From Candidatus Eiseniibacteriota bacterium (GTDB lineage: Bacteria > Eisenbacteria > RBG-16-71-46), in the NCBI GenBank assembly GCA_031364845.1, contig JANLWX010000007.1, positions 1-64,000 of the forward strand: a stretch of 64,000 bases of DNA. Direction: 5' to 3'. The notes beneath the pieces are model-generated. The model did no database searches and was not told the DNA's origin. It saw nothing but the letters and a program-made list of their open reading frames with translations. The position numbers were made by a program, and so were the translations under genes. Numbering within the stretch: position 1 is the first letter of the stretch; each line of letters starts with the position of its first letter. This document shows, piece after piece, positions 51,192-62,219 of this stretch.

Positions 51192-51328
51192 TCCTGGTGC
51201 TGCCCGACGGGCTCCAGTTCTTCCAGTTCGGCTGGTGGGTGATCCACGCGGTCGCGATCTACCTGGTGTATTCGTACGCGTACCGGCGCGGGCGCCGCGA
51301 CGAGCGTAAGAAGCGCGACGACAAGTAG
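51188..51328 (+). CDS. 46-aa single-pass membrane peptide
   Basis: ATGA-coupled to the NUDIX gene; hydrophobic WWVIHAVAIYLVYSYAY segment and a basic tail. Confidence 0.55.
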   Translation: MILVLPDGLQFFQFGWWVIHAVAIYLVYSYAYRRGRRDERKKRDDK

Positions 51329-51451
51329 CAGTTTACTGAAAGCGTCGATTGCTGCGTTGCTCGTTCGATCCTCGCTGCGAAGTATCCTGCGGATACATCT
51401 CGCTCGTCACTTCCCTCGCGCCTTGCACTCGACGCTTTCAGTAAACTGCTA
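51326..51451. mobile_element. MITE-like 126-bp element with 23-bp perfect terminal inverted repeats
   Basis: TAGCAGTTTACTGAAAGCGTCGA (51326-51348) and its exact reverse complement (51429-51451); internal GTATCC-TGC-GGATAC hairpin. Confidence 0.65.
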
Positions 51452-51841
51452 GAAGCGATAGCCGACGAGAGCGATCTGCGCGGTCCCTGCCGGCGAGCGC
51501 GCGATCGTGGGCACGTGGAACTCGACTCCGTCGCCCAGCTCGATCGCCGCTTCCGGTTGCGGGCGATTCGCGACGAAGTAAACGCCCGCGGCGAATCCCA
51601 CCAGCGTGCCTCCGACGAAACACCAGCGCACGACGTCACCGTCGTTGCCGCCGTCACCGGCGAGCGCGAACGCCGAGCCGATGACGAGGCCCGCGAGTCC
51701 GCCGTAGATGACCGAGCGCGAGACTTCGACGACCGGATTCTCCTGGCTCGAGCGCTCGATGTTGACGGCGGCGCGCGCCGCCGGGGCGACCGTTCCCAGC
51801 GCGAGGCTGGCGGCAACGGCGATCGTGACGAAGCGTTTCAT
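51449..51841 (-). CDS. Secreted or membrane hypothetical protein
   Basis: Signal peptide, Gly-rich hydrophobic helices, terminal YRF; GGAG RBS. Confidence 0.6.
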   Translation of the reverse strand: MKRFVTIAVAASLALGTVAPAARAAVNIERSSQENPVVEVSRSVIYGGLAGLVIGSAFALAGDGGNDGDVVRWCFVGGTLVGFAAGVYFVANRPQPEAAIELGDGVEFHVPTIARSPAGTAQIALVGYRF

Positions 51842-52120
51842 GGGCACTCCCCGGGGAGGCGGGATCTGGCGGGTGGGCGGTTCGCGTGAACCGTCACCCT
51901 CGCGGCAACGCCCACGTTATCACCACCCACCCGCGTGAAAAACCCCGCGTATGAGGCAGAGGTTCCGGGGAAGGGGCCTTTCGGTGCCTTCAAAACAGGA
52001 ACTGTCAAAGTCCTGAACTTCGCGCTATTCGAGCCCGCCGGCCGTGCCGATACCCGGATGTCCGGTCCCCCGCCGCCGGCTCGTTCTCCCATGGCATGTT
52101 GCACCCCTGTGGAACTCTCG

Positions 52121-53017
52121 ATGTCGCGATTCGATCTGCCCGTGCTCGCCGCGATGGCGCTGTTCTCCGGACCCGTGATGTTCGCGCGCGGGTTCCGCGA
52201 CCTGCGCACCCGCCGGCTGATCCGCAACACGCCGACCGCGCGCATCCGCTCGATGGCGATGGGGCTCGTCGAGGTCAGCGGTGCCGTGATCTCGCGCAGC
52301 CGGGTGCGCGCGCCGTTTTCGGGACGCGAGTGCGCGTACTGGGAAGTCGACATCTCGATCCGCATGGGCCGTCGCGGCGGATACCGCTCCGTCCATCGCA
52401 ACAGCTCGGGCAATCCCTTCTATGTGGACGACGGAACCGGCATTGCGCTGGTGTATCCGAGCGGTTCCCAGTGCAGAACACCCGTTGCCTGCGAGGAAGA
52501 GTGCTTCGGGCTCACGCTTCCGGAGCCTTACTCAGGTTATCTGGCCGGGCAGCGCCTGTGGCAGCGACAGCTGTGGCGTATGAGCTCCATCCGATTTCGC
52601 GAGCGGATGCTCGAAGAAGGCCAGCGCGTGTATGTGCTCGGCACCGCCGTGCCGCGCGCGGCGTCGCGCGACATCTCGCAGCCGGTGTGGGTCGAGGCCG
52701 CCGCGGCCGCCGCAGCCGAACCCGAATTGCGCGCGACCGGAACCGACGGAGCCTTCGCTTCCTTCGGCGGTCGCCCGGCACGCAACACCTCGAACCACGG
52801 TCCGGAACGGATGAAGGAACTCCACGGCCGCACCGCGGCCGTCATCCGGCGCGGCGAACAGGAATCGACGTTCATCATCAGCACCGAATCCGAGCTCGCG
52901 CTCGAAATCTCCTACGGCGCCTCCACGCTGCTCCATCTGTTCGGAGGTCCGATGCTCACGATCATGGGTCTCGGCTACTGGATTCACGCGCTGGCCGGGC
53001 GCCAACTGTTCCACTGA
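52121..53017 (+). CDS. GIDE-domain membrane protein
   Basis: RRLIRNTPTARIRSMAMGLVEVSG, APFSGREC, PFYVDDGTG, RFRERML..G..VYVLG; TM segments at both ends. Confidence 0.75.
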   Translation: MSRFDLPVLAAMALFSGPVMFARGFRDLRTRRLIRNTPTARIRSMAMGLVEVSGAVISRSRVRAPFSGRECAYWEVDISIRMGRRGGYRSVHRNSSGNPFYVDDGTGIALVYPSGSQCRTPVACEEECFGLTLPEPYSGYLAGQRLWQRQLWRMSSIRFRERMLEEGQRVYVLGTAVPRAASRDISQPVWVEAAAAAAAEPELRATGTDGAFASFGGRPARNTSNHGPERMKELHGRTAAVIRRGEQESTFIISTESELALEISYGASTLLHLFGGPMLTIMGLGYWIHALAGRQLFH

Positions 53018-53058
53018 CCGAGTCGCGCCGGTCGGACGAAGTACCTTGGAGGGTTCAC

Positions 53059-53631
53059 ATGGGTGAGATGATCGGACTCGCGGTCGTGCTGTTCGTCGTA
53101 GTCGGCGGGGTGGGCTACGCCCTCTCGATCTACAACGGCCTGGTTGCGCTGCGGAATAACATCGGGCGCTCGTGGGCGAACATCAACGTGTTGCTGAAGC
53201 AACGTCACGACGAGCTGCCGAAGCTGGTCAAGGTGTGCGAAGGCTACATGCAGCACGAGCGCGGCGTGTTCGACAAGCTGAGCGAAGCGCGCGGCGCGCT
53301 GATGAGCGCGACCAGCGTGCCCGATCGCGCGGTCGCCGAGGGCCAGCTGACGCGCGCGCTGGGCCAGTTCTTCGCGGTCGCCGAGGCGTATCCCGACTTG
53401 AAGGCGAATCAGTCGTTCCTGCAGCTCCAGGGCCGGATCAGCGAGCTCGAGAATCACATCGCCGACCGCCGCGAGTTCTACAACGACATCGTGACCACGT
53501 TCAACACGCGCATCGAGCAGATTCCCGACATGTACGTCGCGGGATGGCTCCACTGCACGCCGCAGCATCTGTTCAAGGTCGACGAGCGCGATCTGGCCGA
53601 CGTCGAGATCCAGTTCAAGATGAGCGCGTGA
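53059..53631 (+). CDS. lemA: LemA family protein
   Basis: YNGLV.LRN...SWANI.VLLKQR.D, EAYPDLKANQSF, IADRREFYN. Confidence 0.9.
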   Translation: MGEMIGLAVVLFVVVGGVGYALSIYNGLVALRNNIGRSWANINVLLKQRHDELPKLVKVCEGYMQHERGVFDKLSEARGALMSATSVPDRAVAEGQLTRALGQFFAVAEAYPDLKANQSFLQLQGRISELENHIADRREFYNDIVTTFNTRIEQIPDMYVAGWLHCTPQHLFKVDERDLADVEIQFKMSA

Positions 53632-53731
53632 GGTCGCGCGGCCAAGTCGCGCGGCGCGCGCGACAGTTCTGCGCGCCGTATTTCGCGATCGCGTTGCGTC
53701 GCGCTGCCCTTCCCACTAACCTGCTTCGTCC

Positions 53732-54829
53732 ATGACCATTGCCGAAGAACTCCTAGCGCCACTCGCCATCGAGCACCATGCATCCTTGGAGCCTCAGCGA
53801 CCCGTTCGCGCGGCCGTGTTCGGGCTCGGGCGATCGGGACTGCATCACGCGGCCGCGCTCTCGACGATCACCAACGTCGAGCTGGTCGCGATCGGCGACC
53901 CCGACCGCAACGCGCGCCGCAACGCGCGCGGCATGGGGCTTTCGGCTCGCTCGTTCGCCAGTGCCGCCACGCTGATTCAGCGCGGGACGCCCGAGGTCCT
54001 GTTCGTCGCGACGCCGCTGGATCTGCGCGCGGGACTCGCCGCGCAGGCGCTCGAGGCGGGAGTCGCGGTGCAGATCGAAGGCGTGCCCGCGCTCACGGCG
54101 GCAGATGCCGCGCCCTTGATTCACGCGGCGGCGCGCGCCGAGCGTTCGATCGCCTGCGCGTGGTCGCTCGCTTATCACCCGGTGTTCAGTCTCGCGCGGC
54201 GCATCGTTGCCGCCGACACGCTCGGCGCCGTGCGCCAGGTGCGCGCCTCGCGCAACGTTTCGCGCGTCGTGACGCCGCTCCACCAGCGCGCGTACTCGGC
54301 GCACGGCGGACCGCGTGGCGTGCTCGCGCACGTCGGTGCCGAGATGATGTTCGTGCTGGTCCGCATGTTTGGGATGCCTTCGTCGGTGGCCGCGACTTCG
54401 CAGAGCCTCTATGGCGCGCTCGACGACGAGGCGCGCGGCGGCTGGACGCTCGAGCGCGGTGGACGGCTCGGATTCGAGACCTCGTGGAGCGCGCCCGGTT
54501 ATCCGCGCCCCGCGACCGTGATCGAGGTCGAAGCCGAGTACGGGCGCATGCTGCTGTCCGAGGACGCGGTCGAGATCGATCTCACCGCGGCGCGCGGCAC
54601 GTTTCCTTCAGGCGTGACGCGCTTCGGCCGCGCCGATCTGCCGCAGCTCGCGCGCTTCGAGCTGGAAGGCGACGAACGGTGGCTCGAGGACGCGACGTTC
54701 GTTGCGGGGATCGCGAACGGCGGTGACATTCCGACCGAACTGTCCGCGTGTCTCGAAACCTTGCGCGTGATCGATGCGCTCTACGCGTCGGCCGCCGCGG
54801 GCGGTGGTGCGGTGGAGGTCGCGCGATGA
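53732..54829 (+). CDS. Gfo/Idh/MocA-family oxidoreductase (divergent)
   Basis: RAAVFGLGRSG..H, VELVAIGD, LFVATP; lacks the usual EKP motif. Confidence 0.65.
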   Translation: MTIAEELLAPLAIEHHASLEPQRPVRAAVFGLGRSGLHHAAALSTITNVELVAIGDPDRNARRNARGMGLSARSFASAATLIQRGTPEVLFVATPLDLRAGLAAQALEAGVAVQIEGVPALTAADAAPLIHAAARAERSIACAWSLAYHPVFSLARRIVAADTLGAVRQVRASRNVSRVVTPLHQRAYSAHGGPRGVLAHVGAEMMFVLVRMFGMPSSVAATSQSLYGALDDEARGGWTLERGGRLGFETSWSAPGYPRPATVIEVEAEYGRMLLSEDAVEIDLTAARGTFPSGVTRFGRADLPQLARFELEGDERWLEDATFVAGIANGGDIPTELSACLETLRVIDALYASAAAGGGAVEVAR

Positions 54830-55683
54830 GCCCGGTCGCCCCGCCGCGCGTGCTGCTCGGAACCCGCTCGCTGCACGGCCTCACGTTCGCGACCCGCGAC
54901 CGCATCCTCGATGTCACCTCGCGCTACCGCGGGCCCGAGGCCATGGCAGTGACGATCTCTCGCGCGCTCGATGCGGGCGCCGACGGTGTGCTCGCGAGCC
55001 CGACGCCGTTGCTGGCCGCGGCGAGCCGCATCTTGCGGCGCGCGATCCCGGTTCATGCCGTGATTCCCGCGCTCAACGAGCAGGAGCGTCTCGAACTCGA
55101 ACCCGGCGTCGAGCCGTTGCTGCGCCGGCGCGTGACGGGTGCCAGGACCTCGGCCGGTGTGCGCATGGCGCTCGCGCGCTTCACGCGTCCCGCGTCGCTC
55201 TACGGCGGCGACTGGACCGTGCGGCTGCCGGTGCTGATCGAATCCGAGATCGCCAGCGTGCGCACGCGTGACGTGAAGGGCGTGGTGCTCGATGCGTGGC
55301 TCTCCGACTGCGCGCTCGCCGCGGGCAACCGGCGGCTGTTCGAAACGTTCGTGCGGCTCGTGCGTTCGCGGTTCCGCGCAGCGGCCGGCATCGAAACCCA
55401 CAATCTCGGATTGATGCTCGAACGGTTCCGCGAGTGGGGCGTGAGTCCCGACTACATCGTGGCGCCGGTGAACGCGAGCGGGCTCGGCATGAAGCCGAGC
55501 CGCAGCGAATCGCTCGCCGCGCTGCGCGAGACGACGATCCCGGTGCTCGCGAAGGAACTATGTGCGGGCGGTGCCGCGTTCGAGGACGGTGCCACGTTCG
55601 CGCGCGAGCATGGCGCTGCAGGCATCGTCGCCGATGTGTGCGAGCTCGAGGACGCCGGTTTCGAACTGAAGGCTGTGGGGTAG
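54826..55683 (+). CDS. Hypothetical TIM-barrel / aldo-keto-reductase-like protein
   Basis: LLG, ALDAGADG, G.ETHN, PVN..G.GM.P, PVLAK.L.AG pattern; ATGA-coupled to the oxidoreductase. Confidence 0.45.
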   Translation: MSPVAPPRVLLGTRSLHGLTFATRDRILDVTSRYRGPEAMAVTISRALDAGADGVLASPTPLLAAASRILRRAIPVHAVIPALNEQERLELEPGVEPLLRRRVTGARTSAGVRMALARFTRPASLYGGDWTVRLPVLIESEIASVRTRDVKGVVLDAWLSDCALAAGNRRLFETFVRLVRSRFRAAAGIETHNLGLMLERFREWGVSPDYIVAPVNASGLGMKPSRSESLAALRETTIPVLAKELCAGGAAFEDGATFAREHGAAGIVADVCELEDAGFELKAVG

Positions 55684-55771
55684 GAGTGCCGGGCCCGCGC
55701 ACCGGCGTCGCGACGTACGGGCGCACCGGCGACGCGTTGCATACACGCGGCTTCACGCCGCGCGAGCACGC

Positions 55772-57715
55772 ATGAAGCGCCGCGACCGCCGCACCTCTCC
55801 GGCTTCCCGCGAGTCGACCCGCCGGGACGGCTCGGGCGCTGCCGCCCGCGAATCCGCGAACGCCTCCGGGCTCGGCTTCTTCGTCGCGATGGTCGCGGCA
55901 CTGGTGCTCGCGTTCCACGCGCGCTCCTATCTGCCGTTCATCGCCGACGACGCGCTGATCTCGCTGCGCTATGCCGAGCGGCTGCTCGAGGGCCACGGCC
56001 TCACGTGGAACGACGGCGAGCGCGTCGAGGGCTACTCGAACTTGCTGTGGGTGCTGTTGTGCTCGGGCTTGGGCGCGCTCGGCATCGATCTCGTGGTCGC
56101 GGCCCGCATGCTCGGATTCGCCTGCCATGCCGCTGCACTCGCGGCGGTCGCGTGGGCGTTCGCGCCCGAGGCCTTCACCGGCGCACTGCCGGCACTCGCG
56201 GGCACGCTCGTGATCGCGCTCGCCGCGCCGATCGCCGTGTGGACCGTCGGCGGGCTCGAGACGCCACTCGTCGCCGCACTGTTCGCGTGGGCGATCGCGA
56301 CCACGCTGCGCCTGTTGCGGCCGGAAGCTGTCGCGCGCGATGCCTGCGTGCCGTCGCTGCTGCTCGGACTCCTGTGCATCACGCGCCCGGACGGCTTCCT
56401 GCTCGCGGGCGCGCTGTGCGCGGGCCTGCTCGCCGCACGCGGGCGAGCCGCGTTGAAACTCGCGGGCGTGCTCGCCGCCGGCCCGGCACTGTTCACCGCA
56501 TCCCAGCTCGCGTTCCGGCTCGCCTACTACGGTGAGTGGATCTCCAATTCGTCACGCGTGAAGCTCGCGCTGTCCGCCGCGCGGCTTCGCAGCGGCGTGT
56601 TGTACCTGGCCGACGGATTGTTCGCGTTCCTGCCGCTGATCCTCGGCATCGTGGCCGCGTTGATCGCCGCGCGCGGGGTGCGTGGCGCACCGCGGCGCAT
56701 CACGCTGCTCGTGGTTCCGATCGCACTGTGGATGCTGTACGTGTTGATGATCGGGGGCGATCTGTTCCCGGCGCGCAGATTCCTCGTGCCGCTCGTCGTG
56801 CTCGCGGCGTTCATCGTGGCTGAAGCGCTGGGCCGCGTACTGGAACGCCGGCGATTCGCCGGGGTCGCGGGCATCACGCTCGCGGGAATCGCCGTGTACG
56901 GCGCGATGCAACTCGCCGATCCCGCCGCCGTGCGCGCGCGCATCGAGCGCTGGGAGTGGGACGGCGAAGTGATCGGGCGCTTCCTCGCGCGCGCATTCGG
57001 CGACCGCGCACCCCGCATCGCCGTCGATCCCGCGGGCTCGGTGCCGTACTGGTCGAAGCTGCCGGCCATCGACATGCTCGGCCTGAGCGATCACTGGATC
57101 GCGCATCATCCGCCCAAGGAATTCGGCAGCGGACGGCTCGGCCATGAACTCGGCGACGGACGCTACGTGCTCTCGCGCGAGCCCGATCTCGTGATGCTGT
57201 GTGTCCCGACCGGCCGCGACACCGGCTGCTTCCGCAGCGGCAAGGAGCTGGTGGCCGACAGCACGTTCACTTCCCGCTACGCGCTCGTGACGTACGCGGC
57301 GGACGATCCCTATGCCGTCCAGTCGCGCATCTGGACACGCCGCGAAGGAGGAAAGCTCGGCATCGTGCGCGAGCCGGGCCGCGTGACCGTGCCGGGCTGG
57401 CTGCTGAACGCGAACCCCGCGAGTATCACGCGCCTCGACTCCGGCGGTAAGCCCGCAGTGCTCGTCACCCGCGAAACGCCGGCGATCCTCGTGGATCTCG
57501 AGTTGCCGGCCGGGAGCTGGCGGCTGGTGCTCGACAGCGATCGCCGCGGCGTTCGCATCGAGGTGCGAAGTGCCGGCAGTGGGACGGTCGCCACGGGCAG
57601 CGACTCACTGTCCTTCGATCACGCGGGCGGGAGAATCGACGTCGGCCTGTCGCCGGCGGACGCCGCTCCGGCCCACATCCGCTCAATGATGCTGCAGCGC
57701 GTCGGAAGTCCGTAG
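55772..57715 (+). CDS. Multi-pass GT-C glycosyltransferase (AftB-like)
   Basis: DDALISLRYAERL..G.GL.WN.GERVEGYSNLLW, GLET, TRPDG, GGD, IDMLGL.D. Confidence 0.75.
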   Translation: MKRRDRRTSPASRESTRRDGSGAAARESANASGLGFFVAMVAALVLAFHARSYLPFIADDALISLRYAERLLEGHGLTWNDGERVEGYSNLLWVLLCSGLGALGIDLVVAARMLGFACHAAALAAVAWAFAPEAFTGALPALAGTLVIALAAPIAVWTVGGLETPLVAALFAWAIATTLRLLRPEAVARDACVPSLLLGLLCITRPDGFLLAGALCAGLLAARGRAALKLAGVLAAGPALFTASQLAFRLAYYGEWISNSSRVKLALSAARLRSGVLYLADGLFAFLPLILGIVAALIAARGVRGAPRRITLLVVPIALWMLYVLMIGGDLFPARRFLVPLVVLAAFIVAEALGRVLERRRFAGVAGITLAGIAVYGAMQLADPAAVRARIERWEWDGEVIGRFLARAFGDRAPRIAVDPAGSVPYWSKLPAIDMLGLSDHWIAHHPPKEFGSGRLGHELGDGRYVLSREPDLVMLCVPTGRDTGCFRSGKELVADSTFTSRYALVTYAADDPYAVQSRIWTRREGGKLGIVREPGRVTVPGWLLNANPASITRLDSGGKPAVLVTRETPAILVDLELPAGSWRLVLDSDRRGVRIEVRSAGSGTVATGSDSLSFDHAGGRIDVGLSPADAAPAHIRSMMLQRVGSP

Positions 57716-57738
57716 CCGCACCTCACCGCCCCGAAAAA

Positions 57739-60570
<2,832 letters not shown>

Positions 60571-60583
60571 GATGGATTCGCCT

Positions 60584-61021
60584 CTATGAATGCTGCTGGT
60601 GCACCGGAATCTCCGTGCGTTGCGGCTGCGGAGCCGGGACCAGATGGATTTCCAGGATGCCGTCGCGGAACTTCGCGTCGACGTGGTCTTCGTCGGCCGT
60701 CCACGGCAGCTCGATGACGCGACGGAACTCGCCAAAAAAGATTTCGGCCCGGTGGTAGTGCGATCCGTTCGGCCGCTCGGGGGGTTCGCGGCGACCGGTG
60801 ATTTCCAGAAGATTTGCGCGCAATCGCACGCGGACGTTTTCGCGCGGCACGCCCGCGAGTTCGACGATGACGCGGGCCGAGGCTTCGTTCACCACCAGAT
60901 CGGCCGGTGGCGACCAGGTCGGCTCGCCGAAGTGCGATGCCGGGTGGCGATGGTAGACGAGGTCGTGGAACAGGCGCTGGACTTCGCGCTGAAGGTTCTC
61001 GAACGGGTCATCGTGTGACAT
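60584..61021 (-). CDS. Hsp20/alpha-crystallin small heat-shock protein
   Basis: WSPPAD, VELAGV, EIFFGEFRRVIELP, AKFRDGILEI. Confidence 0.9.
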   Translation of the reverse strand: MSHDDPFENLQREVQRLFHDLVYHRHPASHFGEPTWSPPADLVVNEASARVIVELAGVPRENVRVRLRANLLEITGRREPPERPNGSHYHRAEIFFGEFRRVIELPWTADEDHVDAKFRDGILEIHLVPAPQPQRTEIPVHQQHS

Positions 61022-61102
61022 GAGCAGGGGCTCCGGGGGCGTTCGCGTAAGGGCGAAGCCTAGCTCACGCATGAGGCAGGGGCAAAGCCGGCAGGCACGC
61101 GA

Positions 61103-61139
61103 AAGCCCGGAGCTTCGGGGGTTCCGATGCTCCGGGCTT
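61103..61139. terminator. Strong hairpin downstream of the OMP gene
   Basis: AAGCCCGGAGC...GCTCCGGGCTT 11-bp stem with an inner TCGG/CCGA pair; short U run on the minus strand. Confidence 0.55.
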
Positions 61140-61161
61140 CGTGAGCGGTGCTACGCGAAGA

Positions 61162-61728
61162 CTATCGGGGGGCGCGGAACAGCGACATGCCGACGCCGAT
61201 GTCGAACACGTCGGCGCTGGTCTCGTGCACGCTCTCGGGATTCGATTCGTGCTGGAAGCCGACCGAAACGTTGAGCGAGCGCGCATCGCCGACCATCGAG
61301 CGGAAGCCGACGCGCATCATCGGCAGCAGCAGGGCCCGGTCGCTGTCTTCTCCGGTGTACTGAACGAGACCGAACGCCAGGCTCGCGAACGGAAACACGC
61401 CGCTCTTGGAGGCGAAGTTGTACTGCCCGCCGAACGAGGCACCCGCCGAATTGCGGGCCGAACCCAGCCGCGCCGTGTGCTGGGCGAGCACACCGGCGGT
61501 CAGTTGGAAGCGGTCGTTGAACGCGCGGGCGGCGTCGGCGCGCAGGTTGATGTGCGTCGCGCTGGTCGAGGCGCCGCTGCCTGCGGGAGAGATGCTCGAG
61601 CGCGTGAACGCGACGGACGGCGCGAACTCGAAGCCTCCGGACTGGACCGGGGACGTTTCGGCGCAGGCGACAGACGCGCCCAGCACCGTGATCGACAGCA
61701 GGATGAGACTCGAGAGACGGACTCGCAC
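61162..61728 (-). CDS. Outer-membrane beta-barrel protein
   Basis: Signal peptide, GQYNF...VFPF, IGVGMSLF terminus; AGGAGG RBS before GTG. Confidence 0.7.
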   Translation of the reverse strand: MRVRLSSLILLSITVLGASVACAETSPVQSGGFEFAPSVAFTRSSISPAGSGASTSATHINLRADAARAFNDRFQLTAGVLAQHTARLGSARNSAGASFGGQYNFASKSGVFPFASLAFGLVQYTGEDSDRALLLPMMRVGFRSMVGDARSLNVSVGFQHESNPESVHETSADVFDIGVGMSLFRAPR

Positions 61729-62219
61729 AATAGCCTCCTGGCTCGGGGGAACAGCGGCCGCGGCCCCTCGCGGGGTCGCTCACCAGCGGACGGAAAGGTC
61801 CGCCGACCTCGGGCAAGGACGCGGCCACCCCGTAAGTCGTTGCGGTTGTGTCGGCGGTCCCGCCGGACCGGTGCGGATTGCACGGGTGGGCCGTGCATCG
61901 CGCGAGGGTCCGCGCCCGCGACGGCCAGCCGAGCGGCTCGAGACATCGGCCCCGGTACTTACCTTCGAGGTGCGCCGCCGTTGAGTCACGGGGCACCCCG
62001 AAGCCGAATTCACCCGACCCGCGATCTTGGTCATTGACATTCCCCGAACGTAAACCGATCCTATTCGTTGCGTCGGAGGAAGAATTCCGATTCGGTCGCG
62101 AAGTTCTATGGAACACCAACACGGGTCGCGTGCCGCGCTGAGTTGGTAGCGTGTGTCAGCCGTTCCAACTCTTTCCACATTTGGAATGGCGACTGCGGGC
62201 CCGAATCCAGGAGGGAATC

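Noticed and set aside
61079..61113. GGCAAA...GCGAAAG resembling a c-di-GMP-I riboswitch
   Set aside because: It is on the wrong strand for the neighbouring genes, lacks the full consensus, and is explained by the terminator-like hairpin.
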